Positions 30,401-44,121 of a stretch of DNA of 64,000 bases are shown one piece after another. Position 1 is the first letter of the stretch. Every line of letters begins with the position of its first letter. Origin of the DNA: Eledone cirrhosa (taxonomy: Eukaryota); contig OZ024765.1 in the NCBI GenBank assembly GCA_964016885.1, positions 18,104,001 to 18,168,000 of the forward strand, given 5' to 3'. The notes under the pieces are model-generated. The model searched no databases. It had not been told where the DNA came from and saw only the letters and a program-made list of their open reading frames with translations. A program made the position numbers and the translations under genes.

Positions 30401-32810
30401 TGGAGTTGTTTGTGATGTTGGTGGTGGTGTTTGTGGTGTCGGTGGTGTTGTTGGTGTTGATGGCGTTGGTGGTGTTGGTGGTGTTGATGGTGTTGTTGGT
30501 GGTGTTGATGGTGTTGGTGGTGGTGGTGGTGTTGTTTGTGGTGTTGGTGGTGTTGGTGGTGGTGTTTGTGGTGTTGGTGGTGTTGGTGGTGTTGGTGTTG
30601 TTGGTGGTGGTGGTGTTGGTGGTGTTGGTGGTGGTGGTGGTGTTGTTTGTGGTGTTTGTGGTGTTGGTGGTGTTGGTGGTGTTTGTGGTGTTGGTGGTGT
30701 TGGTGGTGTTGGTGGTGGTGTTTGTGGTGTTGGTGGTGTTGGTGGTGGTGGTGGTGTTGGTGGTGGTGTTTGTGGTGTTGGTGGTGTTGGTGGTGTTGGT
30801 GATCCTGTTGGTGGTGGTGGTGGTGTTGGTGGTGTTGGTGGTGTTTGTGGTGTTTGTGGTGTTGGTGGTGTTGGTGGTGTTGGTGTTGTTGGTGGTGGTG
30901 TTTGTGGTGTTGGTGGTGTTGGTGATCCTGTTGGTGGTGGTGGTGGTGTTGGTGGTGTTGTTTGTGATGTTGGTGGTGGTGTTTGTGGTGTCGGTGGTGT
31001 TGTTGGTGTTGATTGTGTTGTTGGTGTTGTTGGTGGTGTTGTGGGTGGTGTTGGTGGTGTTGGTGGTGTTGGTGGTGTTGGTGGTGTTTGTGGTGTTGGT
31101 GGTGTTGGTGGTGTTTGTGGTGGTGTTGGTGTTGGTGATCCTGTTGGTGGTGTTGTTGGTGTTGATTGTGTTGTTGGTGGTGTTGTGGGTGGTGTTGGTG
31201 GTGTTGGTGGTGTTGGTGGTGTTGGTGGTGTTGGTGGTGTTTGTGGTGTTGGTGGTGTTGGTGGTGTTTGTGGTGGTGTTGGTGTTGGTGGTGTTGTTGG
31301 TGTTGTTGGTGTTGTTTGTGGTGTTGGTGTTGGTGGTGGTGGTGGTGGTGTTGGTGTTCGTGTTGGTGTTGTTGGTGGTGTTGGTGTTGTTGGTGGTGTT
31401 GTTGGTGGTGTTGGTGGTGTTGGTGGCGGTGTTGGTGGTGGTGTTGTTGGTGGTGTTGATGGTGGTGGTGGTGGTGTTGGTGTTTGTGGTGTCGGTGGTG
31501 TTGATGGTGTTGTTGGTGGTGTTGGTGGTGGTGGTGGTGTTGTTTGTGGTGTTGCTGGTGTTTGTGGTGTTGGTGTTCGTGTTGGTGTTGTTGGTGTTGT
31601 TGGTGGTGATGGTGGTGTTGGTGGTGTTGGTGGTGTTTGTGGTGTCGGTGGTGTCGTTGGTGTTGATGGTGTCGTTGGTGGTGTTGTTTGTGGTGTTGGT
31701 GGTGTTGTTTGTGGTGTTGGTGGTGTTGTTTGTGGTGTTGGTGGTGTTGGTGGTGTTTGTGGTGTTGGTGGTGTCGTTGGTGTTGATGGTGTCGTTGGTG
31801 TTGTTGGTGGTGTTGTTTGTGGTGTTGGTGTTGTTGGTGGTGTTGTTTGTGGTGTTGGTGGTGTCGTTGGTGTTGATGGTGTCGTTGGTGTTGTTGGTGG
31901 TGTTGTTTGTGGTGTTGGTGTTGTTGGTGGTGTTGGTGTTGTTGGTGGTGTTGTTTGTGGTGTTGGTGGTGTTGGTGGTGTTTGTGGTGTTGGTGGTGTT
32001 GATGGTGTTGTTTGTGGTGTTGGTGGGGTTTGTGGTGTTGGTGGTGTTGTTGGTGTTGTTGTGGGTGGTGTTGGTGGTGTTGATGGTGTTGTTGGTGGTG
32101 GTGTTTGTGGTGTTGGTGGTGTTGGTGGTGTTGGTGGTGGTGGTTGTGTTGTTGGTGGTGTTGGTGGTGTTGGTGATCCTGTTGGTGGTGTTGTTGGTGT
32201 TGTTTGTGGTGTTGGTGGTGGAGATGTGGTGGTGATATCGGCGATAGTTTTGGTGATGGTGGTGATATTGGTGGTGTTGTTTGTGATTATGATGGTGGGG
32301 GTGATGTTGGCGATGGTGTTGGTGATGGTGGTGACGTTGGCGATGGTGTTGGTGTCGGTGGTGTTGGTGATAATGGTGGTGCTGATTATGGTGTTGCTGG
32401 TTGTGGTTATGATGGTGGTGATGATGGTATTGTCATTGTAGTGGTGTTGGTTGTGGTTGTGATGATGGTAGTGGTGATGGACTGGCTGTTAAGATGTTGG
32501 TGATGGTAGTGGTGATGGTGATGGACTGGTTATGAAGGTGTTGGTGATGATGGTGAGGGTTTGGAAGATGGTGGTGATGGTGTTGTTGATGGCATTGATG
32601 GTAGTGCTGTTGATTTATTGGTAAGTTAAGGCTGGAGGTGATGGTGGAAATGGTAGTGCTGATAGTGTTGATGGTGGATATAGTGGGCTGATAATGGTGG
32701 TAGTATTGGTGTTGAGTGAGGTTTTGATGGTGATGGTGGCGGTGGTGATATTGGTGGTAACCATGTTGCGGTTGTTGTTGTTGATAGTGATGATGGTGGT
32801 GTTGATGGAT
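27490..32810. repeat. GGT/GTT-derived low-complexity tract
   Basis: ggtggtgttgtttgtggttatgat-type motifs; almost only G and T on the + strand. Confidence 0.92.
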
Positions 32811-32901
32811 TTTATGGAAGAGGAACATAGATTTCATTTAATATTCATCTCAAGAATCTTTCTCGCTCTCTCTCATTCCCTCTCTCTCTATATATATATA
32901 G

Positions 32902-32998
32902 TAATTGTTTCTACTTTTGGCACAAGGCCAGCAATTACCCAGTGTATTACTGGTACTTTATTTTATCGACCCCGTAATGATGAAAGGCAAAGTTAACC
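32902..32998 (-). mobile_element. SINE family A, 3' half
   Basis: taattgtttctacttttggcacaaggcc...gaaaggcaaagttaacc. Confidence 0.8.
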
Positions 32999-33009
32999 TA
33001 TATATATAG

Positions 33010-33247
33010 TAATAATAATAAATAAATAATAATAATAATAAATTTGAAGTCTAAAATCCAAAGAGGGCTCGATAAGGATAAATATATATCAAATATATAA
33101 GAACTGTAGAGCAAATATTTATTAAAATAACAGATTAAAGTTTAAGCAAAGAATCGCTGCTTTCACCCTTAACGGGATCTTCTGAAGATCCCGTTACGGG
33201 TGAAAGCAGCGATTCTTTGCTTAAACTTTAATCTGTTATTTTAATAA

Positions 33248-33252
<5 letters not shown>
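33010..33252. mobile_element. PLE-like derivative (family E) ending in a ~140-bp fold-back
   Basis: arms 33114-33182 and 33184-33252, apex tcttc-t-gaaga; homologs at 37873-38303 and 56748-56818. Confidence 0.7.
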
Positions 33253-33304
<52 letters not shown>

Positions 33305-33306
<2 letters not shown>

Positions 33307-33488
33307 AGGTTCAATCAGGGGTAACAACAGTAAGTAAGGTACTCAATATATTAGTAGAGTGTTAACATCATGTTTAATATAGTAATGCCTGCTACAGGAC
33401 TAGAACTGTCTCATCCAAAAGAAATCCTGGTTTCCTTTGAATGAAACAGTTCTAGTCCTGTAGCAGCTATTTCTATATTAAATATGGC
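33305..33488. mobile_element. PLE-like fold-back element (family F)
   Basis: ctgctacaggactagaactgt...acagttctagtcctgtagcag inverted arms; homolog at 37622-37803. Confidence 0.65.
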
Positions 33489-33491
33489 ATA

Positions 33492-33630
33492 TATAACGAA
33501 GGAGTTGTGGTAAGGAACCAGATGGCCATAACGCACCACAGTTATCAATACTTAGGGTAGTAGAGTGGATAATAGGAAAATGTTTGACCCCGACGGCAGA
33601 GCTCAAGCCGTTTCGACTGCTATTTCTGAA
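33492..33630 (-). mobile_element. family G PLE terminal fragment
   Basis: ataacgaagg...gaccccgacggcagagctcaagccgtttcgac. Confidence 0.7.
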
Positions 33631-34300
33631 GTGATTTTCCTCACCGAACTGCAAATCTGTCCAGCGATTATTTTTCCTGAGATTTTCTGACCATCAGTCC
33701 GTAATATCGATGCTGTAATCTCTCAATTCAGAAATCTCTCAATTCACCTGGAGTGATTTTGAACTCCGAACTCCAAATCTCTCCAGTGATTCTATTTCCC
33801 GAGACATTCTAACCATCTTTCCGTAGTATCGAAGCTGTAATCTCTCAATTCGGAGAAATAGCAGCTCTACATGGAGTGAGTTTTATCTTCGAACTCCAAA
33901 TCTGTCCAGTGATTCTATTTCCTGAGACATTCTAACCATCTCTTCGTAGTATCGATGCTGTATTCTCTGAATTCGGAGAAGTAGCAGCTCAACCTGGAGT
34001 GATTTTTTATCTTCGAACTCCAAATCTCTCCAGTGATTCTATTTTCCGAGACATTCTAACCATCTGTCCGTAGTATCGAAGCTGTAATCTCTCAATTCGG
34101 AGAAGTAGCAGCTCTACATGGAGTGATTTTTATCTCCGAACTCCAAATCTGTCCAGTGATTCTATTTCCCGAGACATTCTAACCATCTGTCCGTAGTATC
34201 GATGCTGTAATCTCTCAATTAGGAGAAGTAGCAGCTCAACCTGGAGTGATTTGATCTCCGAACTCCAGATCTGTCAAGTAGTGGCTCTACCAGGAGCGAC
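33630..34300 (-). repeat. ~122-bp satellite, 5-6 units
   Basis: gaactccaaatct recurs at ~33769, 33891, 34015, 34138 and 34260; shares a ~65-bp core with the 145-bp satellite. Confidence 0.85.
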
Positions 34301-34384
34301 TCTCTGGAATCCATAGAGTATGAGTTAGAAACGTCTACACTGAATCGACATACCTCTTCTGCTGACAAAAGATAGTATTATTTT

Positions 34385-34545
34385 TTTCTTTTACTGGTTT
34401 TAGTCATTATACTGCGACCATGATGCATCACCACTATCAATGGGTATAGTCGATCAAATCGAAAACAGTATTTAATTTTCCATGTCTGGTTAGTACTCAT
34501 ATTTATCCATCTATTTTTGATTTTGACAAATCACCAACCTAGGGA
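34385..34545. mobile_element. degenerate SINE family C
   Basis: ttactggttttagtcattatactgcgaccatg...gtcgatcaaatcga. Confidence 0.45.
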
Positions 34546-34585
34546 AAATAAGTAATAAAAGATACTGACAAAGATACATACACAC

Positions 34586-34829
34586 AAATACAAGTTATAT
34601 ATTAATATATATGATAAACACAAAACGTGTTTGTATTGTAAGAGACAAAGTTAGCTAGCATGAAATATACTAATTAAAGTGAATACAATTTGTCTCGATA
34701 TAAGTCAATAAAGACAAGCTTATATTGGCAAAAGCCGTGATTCCTGGACAAATTTAAATTTGAAAATCCAAACCCGCTCCGTAGATGAATTTGAACTTCG
34801 AAACCCAAATATGTTTCGCAACGATGGTA
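34586..34829 (+). repeat. ~245-bp dispersed repeat, copy 1
   Basis: near-identical direct copy at 47317-47564. Confidence 0.85.
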
Positions 34830-35021
34830 CACACAAATATATATATTTAGAACAGTTACAGTATGCAACGTTTTTTCTTACTCACACATTCTCTAATGAA
34901 TTTATTACGTTTTCGCATTTTCTCATAAATAGGATATAAGTAAAATTTTCTCTTGGGTTAATCACTACCTTGATTAAATCTTAACCATTTAACATCTCAG
35001 GGTATGTCATGTATCATTATA

Positions 35022-35072
35022 TTTTGTCTGATGAGGACGTACTGTTGTACATCCAAAATATGTATAATAAAA
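35022..35072 (+). ncRNA. degenerate hammerhead (family J)
   Basis: ttttgt-CTGATGA-ggacgtactg..gtacatcc-AAAA(G>A)-tatgta-TA-ataaaa. Confidence 0.45.
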
Positions 35073-35515
35073 TGTAATTGATCAAATGAACCTCTATTTT
35101 ATTAATACTTATATTTTAATATTTTAATATATATATATATATATATTGGTAAACGGAATAGAAAATGCTGACAAATTGTTGACAGTTGAAAAATGGTTTA
35201 ATTAGGAATAAAAGAGTATTAGTGATTGTATGGGTTAGTATTCAGTTGTGGTTTTAAGTTTTTAAGTTTTTACCGGTTGCGCATTTCTAAATGCTTTTCA
35301 AAAATAATTTTGAGATAGAGTGTCCGTGCTGTTTGCTCTGATCTGATTAGTTTTGGGAATTCTACCTGTTTTTATGTTAAAAAAGTGGCTCCAGCGTTAC
35401 TTTGGTGTTGCAAAATTTCTTGTGGTCAAAACAATTTTGATTGGTCGGTAGAGGTCATGTGAGTGTACACTCACATGACCTCTATAATAACTTGTGTGTT
35501 ACACCTCTATTCTTT

Positions 35516-35572
<57 letters not shown>

Positions 35573-35969
35573 TCAGGTTTGAGGTTCACCACTGTATAGA
35601 GCTGGTCTATTCCGTATGGTCAATCGTAATGCAATAATATAGAGAGTACTCAACGTAAGGCAGTTCAACCGTCTTTGTTTTTGTAGTTGGTGGTGCTATT
35701 ACGGAGTTAAATATTATAATGAAATGATATATATATATGTGTGTGTGTGTGTGTATGTATTAGACTCTGAATCCGTTAATTGTATTAACTCTTTCAGTGA
35801 ACCAAACAACCTGTATGTATGTATCTATACTCGAGTAGAGATATATATACTTCTACATTTAATATATATATATAAGTAGAAGGGATATTTAATTTGTTGG
35901 AAATCCAACAAATATAAATGTTTAAACTGATTCAGAGCACTCGACAGTTTTTAGAGTAATTATTCAATG

Positions 35970-36289
35970 ATATTAAATAAATGGAAACTATATTTAAAAA
36001 ACCATATTTATTCTATTATATATATTTCAAGAGTACCAAAAACTTTGGTACGCTCTCATCAGATAAAATACAAAGTATTTTATAAATTTTGACAGCCAGG
36101 AAAAGCATACCTTATCAGTTGAATATTTCTTATCAGTTGAATATTTCTTGGGAATATTCAACTGGTAAGGTATGTTTTTCCTTGGTTATGTCAAAATTTA
36201 TAAAACACTCTTTTATCTGATGAGAGCGTACAAAAGCTTTTGGTACCCTTGAAATTTATATAATAGAATAAATATGGTTTTATAAATAT

Positions 36290-36290
<1 letters not shown>
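35970..36290. mobile_element. imperfect fold-back PLE derivative (family B) with hammerheads at 36011-36068(-) and 36211-36268(+)
   Basis: ttttat-CTGATGA-gagcgtac...gtaccctt-GAAA-tttata-TA-atagaa; 18-bp duplication at the apex. Confidence 0.8.
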
Positions 36291-36843
<553 letters not shown>

Positions 36844-37000
36844 AGCTTAGCTGCGGTCAAAGCTTCGATTATGCTGTACTTCTCTGAAATAGCGATGTAT
36901 ACATCAATGTTTGTATAGTATATTTGGCAATATACCGTATGTTTAATATTGCCAAATATACTATACATACATTCATATATGTATATATATATATATATAG

Positions 37001-37235
37001 AGAAAAAAGTATGACCCCGACGGCAGAGCTCAAGCCGTTTCGACGGCTATTTCTGGACTAAATTAGAATGTTTAGCCTGGTAAAAATTCTAATTTAGTCC
37101 AGAAATAGCCGTCGAAACGGCTTGACTCTGCCGTCGGGGTCATACTTTTTCCTATTTCCCACTCTACTACCCTAAGTATTGAGTACTCTGGTGCGTTATG
37201 ATCCATCTGGTTCCTTACCACAATTCCTTTGTTAT
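37001..37235 (+). mobile_element. family G PLE end with a 5' fold-back
   Basis: arms ~37003-37068 and 37085-37150, followed by the standard family G tail into (TA)n. Confidence 0.8.
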
Positions 37236-37291
37236 ATATATATGTAAGAATATTTTCGAAACAGCGAGTTGGTTTAAAATTATTAGAAATG

Positions 37292-37561
37292 TAATCTATC
37301 GCCGTATTTTGACTAAAGAAATTTAAGAAATTATTTAGCCTGATAGTGGGGTTAAGAACTCTCGGAGAAATGGGAAAAGATGAGTATTGACGTACATGGA
37401 TTGACCATGTACGTCAATACTCATCTTTTTCCATTTCTCCGAGGGTTCTTAACCCCACTATCAACGTCAATACTCATCTTTTTCCATTTCTCCGAGGGTT
37501 CTTAACCCCACTATCAGACTAAATAATTTCTTTAATTTCTTTAGTCAAAATACGGCGATAG

Positions 37562-37566
<5 letters not shown>
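37292..37566. mobile_element. fold-back element (family I) with a 53-bp duplication next to the apex
   Basis: apex gtacatgg-attga-ccatgtac; 37411-37463 repeated at 37464-37516; ends in (TA)n. Confidence 0.75.
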
Positions 37567-37621
<55 letters not shown>

Positions 37622-37627
<6 letters not shown>

Positions 37628-37803
37628 AAGGAGCTTCTACAGGACTAGTACTGTTTCATTCAGATGAAATCTTCTGAAGATTTCATCTGAATGAAACAGT
37701 ACTAGTCCTGTAGAAGCTCCTTCTATAAAATAAACAAATTTACTCTGCCATGTATTGAGTACCTTACTTACTGTGGTTATCCCCGACTCAACCCGGGACC
37801 TAC
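37622..37803 (+). mobile_element. family F fold-back with a 5'-truncated hammerhead
   Basis: 53-bp arms around tcttc-t-gaaga; CTGAAGA-tttcatctgaat-GAAA-cagtactag-TC. Confidence 0.75.
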
Positions 37804-38303
<500 letters not shown>

Positions 38304-38517
38304 ATATATATATATATATACGCGTTTCACTTGTCCCAATAGCTTATTTTAGTTATTGCTCGCACCAACCTGAGGTATCTGATTTTTAATGCGATGAAAT
38401 ACCAATGATGGTTGGCAAAATCACTGATGAGGGACTAATTTTATAATATGTAATCCATGTGCAACCATGCAGTATTCTTCTTCCCCTTGTTTTTCATATA
38501 TATATATATATATATAT

Positions 38518-38927
38518 ATTGTTATACTTTGGGAGGGTCATGTTGCCAATAAGAAACACACGCACCAGTTGCTTTCACTTCAATTTATTATAATAAATTT
38601 ATAAATTTAGGAATTTATAAATTTCTGGTTGGTTGAACAAAGGAGAGGCACAAAAACAAAGAAAAGAATCCCCAGTCACTGAAGAGGTCACAGAATGTGT
38701 GACGAAAGAACTTTGACAATATATAAACAACTATCTGGTTGTGGAACCAACCAACCAACCAGAAATTTATAAATTCCTAAATTTATAAATTTATTATAAT
38801 AAATTGAAGTGAAAGCAACTGGTGCGTGTGTTTCTTATTGGCAACATGACCCTCCCAAAGTATAACAATATCGGTTTCAACACACGATTTCAGATAAAGA
38901 ATCTTGCTAAACAAATTCAGAAACGAT
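38518..38927 (+). mobile_element. family H PLE 3' end with an inverted 5' arm
   Basis: 38518-38635 is the reverse complement of ~38753-38870; 57-bp extension to 38927. Confidence 0.85.
38675..38717 (+). ncRNA. minimal hammerhead ribozyme (family H)
   Basis: gtca-CTGAAGA-ggtcac..gtgac-GAAA-gaac-TT-tgac. Confidence 0.75.
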
Positions 38928-39123
38928 ATATATAACGGAAAAGAATGACTACACTTGTAGTTTTAAACAATTCAATTTAATTTTATAATATTATGATTTT
39001 ACAATTTGGTTTTGTAGATCTAGTAAGTTCTTTGTTAACTTCGGTTAGACGTTTTTTTTTAAAGATTCCTGGTTAATTTTCTGGAGAACTTTCTCGCATT
39101 CGATTTCACACATTTATCCAATA

Positions 39124-39345
<222 letters not shown>

Positions 39346-39628
39346 AAGAGATTAGATTTCTCGTATCACTGACATTTTCTTTGTTTCTTGCATTATTCAG
39401 ATATACCACGACTCTCTATCACTTTTGCTCTACTATAATCTTCTTAAACCACCTTCTTCTTCGTCTGACGACCGATCCAGACGTATATTATATTATTATC
39501 GTCTGTGATCCCAAAACCTTTGGTAATGGAGAAGTTATATTTTGTGTTGGTCACTTTCTAATTAAATAGCTCTGTTCTATACATAGAGCACTGTTTTTCC
39601 TTGGGTTTGCCTTCGGAATCACCTAACA

Positions 39629-39722
<94 letters not shown>

Positions 39723-40169
39723 CAGACACACACACACACATATATATATATATAAATAATTGATTGCCAGAAATTGTTATATATATAATTTATTTATATA
39801 TATTTCTGTATTGTGTATAACTGACATTTTAAAGTTCAGAAATACGTCCTAAGAGGCTGCCTAGTTGATATGGATGTTAGCACCGGTGCTAACTGCTCGC
39901 CTACTATATGACTCATAGCATCTTCTTCCAATTTCCGCCACACAATCTTGGCGGCCCTCACAAAAGAGGTCATGGGCGCTGGCTTAACTCCTCTGACTAA
40001 GACACCGAGAAATTAAAGATAAAATGAAATATATAGGAAAAACAACCAAAAACAAAACAAAATATATAACGACAACAACTAAATTATATGACAACATCAA
40101 CATCAAGAACAATTAATCTCAAAAACTAAAAATATAGAATAAAATTTGTATAATATAAAGTAAAATAAA

Positions 40170-40645
40170 CAGCAAAACCACCACCACCAACAACAACAAC
40201 AACAGCAACAACTATAACAGCGACAACAACAACAATAGTAAAAATAATAACACCAACGACAACAGCATCAGCAATGACAACAACAGCAACAACAAACAAC
40301 AGCAACGACAATAACAACAACAACACAACAACAGCAACCGCAATAACAACAACAACCGCAACAACAACAACAACACAACAACAGCAACAACAATAACAAC
40401 AACAGCAACAACACAACAACAGCAACAACAGCAACAACAACAACAACAGCAATAACAAGCAACAGCAACAACAACAACACAACAACAGAAACAACAACAA
40501 CAGCAACAACACAACAGCAACAACAACACAACAACAGCAACAACACAACAGCAACAACAACACAACAACAGAAATAACAACACAACAACAGCAACAACAA
40601 CAACACAACAACAGAAATAACAACAACAACAACAGCAACAACTGC
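40170..40645. repeat. (CAA/CAG)n low-complexity tract
   Basis: direct inspection. Confidence 0.9.
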
Positions 40646-40904
40646 AAAATAAAAGAAATGCAAAAATGCTTGAATAAATAAATTAAAGTATAAATAAATT
40701 TTAGTGAAATTGTCAAAAGTTATTTAGAACCCCCTGAAGATAAGAGTTTGCTGGTTCACGTCCTAGTGTCGCCATGTTGTGGAAATTATAAGACGCAATA
40801 GAGAATGGCCGAGATTAAAATGGCGAATGCGTGGTTTGGCCATCTAGCGTCGAGAATGAACAACAGCAACAATAACAACAACAATAATAATAATAATGAT
40901 GATG

Positions 40905-41155
40905 AATTCATTTATTGGCCACAAGGACCGACATGTAGGGGACAATACAAAAGGCAGGGACAGTGGGGTGTTACAATAAGATTTAGTAAAAATGAGCAAT
41001 AACAAAACCAATTTAACCATGAAAAAATAAAAAAATGTAAAATACAGAGTTAATTTTATATTTTTTCATTGTTAAATTCGTATTGTTATGATGACTTTTT
41101 ACTTAATCTTATTGTAAACCTCCTACTGTCCATGGCTTTGTATTGTCCCCTACAT
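40905..41155. mobile_element. inverted pair of Tx1-like 3' UTR fragments (ATT type)
   Basis: atgtaggggacaatacaaa (40932) mirrored by tttgtattgtcccctacat (41137); the minus copy ends gtggccaataaatgaattc(att)n. Confidence 0.55.
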
Positions 41156-41164
41156 TATTATCAT

Positions 41165-41340
41165 GCAGTATCGGTAGAGGGTCGGACGCCATGCTTTCCA
41201 GCAGAGTTACGTCCCTTTACATTCTGAGTTCAAATCCCGCCGAGGTTGACTTTGCCTTTCATCCTTACGGGGTCGATAAAATAAAGTACCAGTAATACAC
41301 TGGGTGTTTGCTGGCCTTGTGCCTAAAGTAGAAACAATTA
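41165..41340 (+). mobile_element. SINE family A with (ATT)n tail
   Basis: full body and boxes. Confidence 0.85.
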
Positions 41341-41477
41341 TTATCATTATTATTATTATTATTATTGTTATTGTTATTCCTTGAATCTCAGTCATTGATG
41401 TTGGTTAACTGGAAAGTCCGTTGGATTGAATATCAAGCCACTACCTGCAGCCTCAGATATTCAGGATAATAATAATA

Positions 41478-41512
<35 letters not shown>

Positions 41513-41537
41513 CGGCCCTTGTGGCTAATAAATGAAA

Positions 41538-41579
<42 letters not shown>

Positions 41580-41580
<1 letters not shown>

Positions 41581-42530
41581 GCAGCGAAGACGAAGAGGGA
41601 GCGCTTGGAAACTGGATTGTCTTCAGGCGCTTACAGCCCTCGACCAGTCGGGCAATGCGATCGGTGGAAACTCCACCTCGGCGTTTTATAGAGGGTTAGT
41701 GGAGGGAAATAGCGACTACGTGCTTGGGGAGACTCTGGTCGTCGACGAAAATCAACTAGCCAATCTCTTCGGGAGAACTTTCGGGTCGGGGCGCATGGAC
41801 AACATCCAGAAATCCCTGGCCTGGCAGTGTTATCGAGGAGGTTTGCCAGTTCGGGATAAACTCTACAGGCATGGAAGTGCCGTCAACCTGGCCTGACCGA
41901 GTTGCGCGCAGGGCGACGAAACCGTCTTGCACGCACTCGTCCAGTGTCCGAGCATTGCTGACTTGTGGGTTTATGTTGAACACCTGCTGTCCCGTGTAGG
42001 GTGAATCCGGCTATCAGCTGAGTCCATCGTGAAGATTGCCCCACCGTCTTTCTTTAGCCAGGAAGGGCAGGCAGTTTTTATCTGGCTGGTGGCAATGGTG
42101 AAAGAGATCTTGTGGTGGACGCGTTTGAAAGGGCTGAATACGGGCATTTATCTCTTCGGTGATGCCCTGATTAACTTTTTCAAATTTCAATTGAAAAGGA
42201 AAATCAAAAGTGCTCTCTTCCCAGCAATTTGTTGAAAGATGGGTGAGAGAGGCAAGAATGGCCCGAGTGAATGGGCCGACTCTGAGTATGCGCCTGTAAA
42301 TTGAAGGTGGAAAACTAGGAGAGGGTCACCGTGGCTTTGTTTAATGGGCTTTCTCCGCGAGTGTCCCTCGGAAGTCTCCCCCTATTGGGGAATTTTTCTT
42401 TGTTTCTTTTTTTGTCATTTTCTTTTTCAACTTTACACGCAGAAATGACCATTTGTACCATCCTGAACCATCCTGTGCTGTCCTTAATGTTATATTTTAT
42501 GTGAACCCTTGTGGTTAATAAAGAAATCAT
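41580..42530 (+). mobile_element. divergent Tx1-like LINE 3' fragment in (ATT)n
   Basis: MDNIQKSLAWQCYRGGLPVRDKLYRHG...KEILWWTRLKGL with stops; ends gtggttaataaagaaatc(att)n; separate 3' tip at 41512-41540. Confidence 0.85.
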
Positions 42531-42549
42531 TATTATTATTATTACGGTA

Positions 42550-43050
42550 GATTGGCAGTATCGGTAGAGGGTCGGATGCCATGCTTTGACGTATAGAGTT
42601 ACGGCCCTTGCCATTCTGAGTTCAAATCCCGCCGAGGTTAACTTTACCTTTCATCCTTACGAGGTCGATAAAATAAAGTACCAGTAATGCACTGGGTAAT
42701 TTGCTGGTCTTGTGCCTAAAGTAGAAACAATAAACCCCGCCGAGGTTGACTTTGCCTTTCATCCTTACGGGGTCGATAAAATAAAGTACCAGTAATGCAC
42801 TGGGTAATTGCTGGCCTTGTGCCTAAAGTAAAAACAATTATTATTATTATAAATGAGGGAGGTGGATTGGCAGTATCGGTAGAGGGTCGGACGCCATGCT
42901 TTGCAGCATAGAGTTACGTCCCTTTACGATCTGCGCTCAAATGCCGCCGAGGTTAACTTTGCCTTTCATCCTTACGGGGTCGATAAAATAAAAGTACCAG
43001 TAATACACTGGGTTATTGCTGGCCCTGTGCCTAAAGTAGAAACAATTATT
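42550..43050 (+). mobile_element. three tandem SINE family A copies (full, 3' half, full)
   Basis: copies at ~42550-42730, 42735-42840 and 42865-43050. Confidence 0.85.
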
Positions 43051-43139
43051 ATTATTATAAATGAAACCGCTTGCAGCATTCAGTAAACAAGCCAGTTTAT
43101 TTTTGTTGTTTTTGTGAAATATTGCTCTTCCTTTTCTTG

Positions 43140-43490
43140 TCATGTAGTGTTTGTTTGTTTGTTGTTGTTGTTTTTTTGTTGCTGGCAGTTTTGTTGTTTT
43201 GTTGTTTTTTTGTTGTTGTTATAGTTATTGCTTTTGTTCTTGTTGTTGATGTTATTGTTAGAGCTAACGTTGTTGTTGGTGGTGGAGCTTTTGTTGTTGT
43301 TGGTGGGGGCCTTTGTCGTTGTTGTTGTTGTTGGTGGTGGTGGTGGGGCCTTTGTCGTTGTTGGTGGTGGGGCTTTTGTTGTTGTTGTTCTTGTTGGTGG
43401 TCAGGCTTTTGTTGTTGTTGTTGGTGGGGATGTTGCTGTTGTTGTTGTTGGTGGTGGTGGTGGTGCGTTTGTTGTTGTTGTTGGGGGTTG
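43140..43490. repeat. (TTG/TGG)n low-complexity tract
   Basis: direct inspection. Confidence 0.85.
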
Positions 43491-43887
43491 TTTATAGAAC
43501 GCAGATTAACGCTAAGATTACGAATCAAAACACACCACCACCACTCACAGCAACCAACCCACCCACCACACAACATGAACCATTCCAATTCACCGCACAC
43601 ACACACACACACACAATCACACACACTCACACACACACACAAACACGCATATACACATACATGCTGAAATATGCATGAAAAATATAAACATAAACATGCA
43701 TAGAGCTTCCACACGCCCACACCCACATACACCCACCCACCCACACACACACACACACGCAACACAAACATATATGTGTAAATGCATAGATTATGCATAT
43801 GTATACAAATATCAAAGTATGTATACACTCGAACACAGGTGTGTGTGTGTATACATGCATACAATATATATATATATATATATATAC

Positions 43888-43957
<70 letters not shown>

Positions 43958-44085
43958 CACTTAACATTTAATATTCTACCATACTATTTCATTATAATAC
44001 CATTATAAATTTTAAAGGATTGTAAATAAAACGAGTAAATCAGACAAAGTTGGAATTCCTCTTATTAATATATATATGTATATAA

Positions 44086-44119
<34 letters not shown>

Positions 44120-44121
<2 letters not shown>

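Noticed and set aside
27294-32441. 1715-aa Gly/Val-rich ORF as a structural protein
   Set aside because: It starts in microsatellite sequence, has no signal peptide, and its composition flips at register shifts.
38425-38470. ctgatgaggga as a hammerhead
   Set aside because: No GAAA or closing stem I found downstream.
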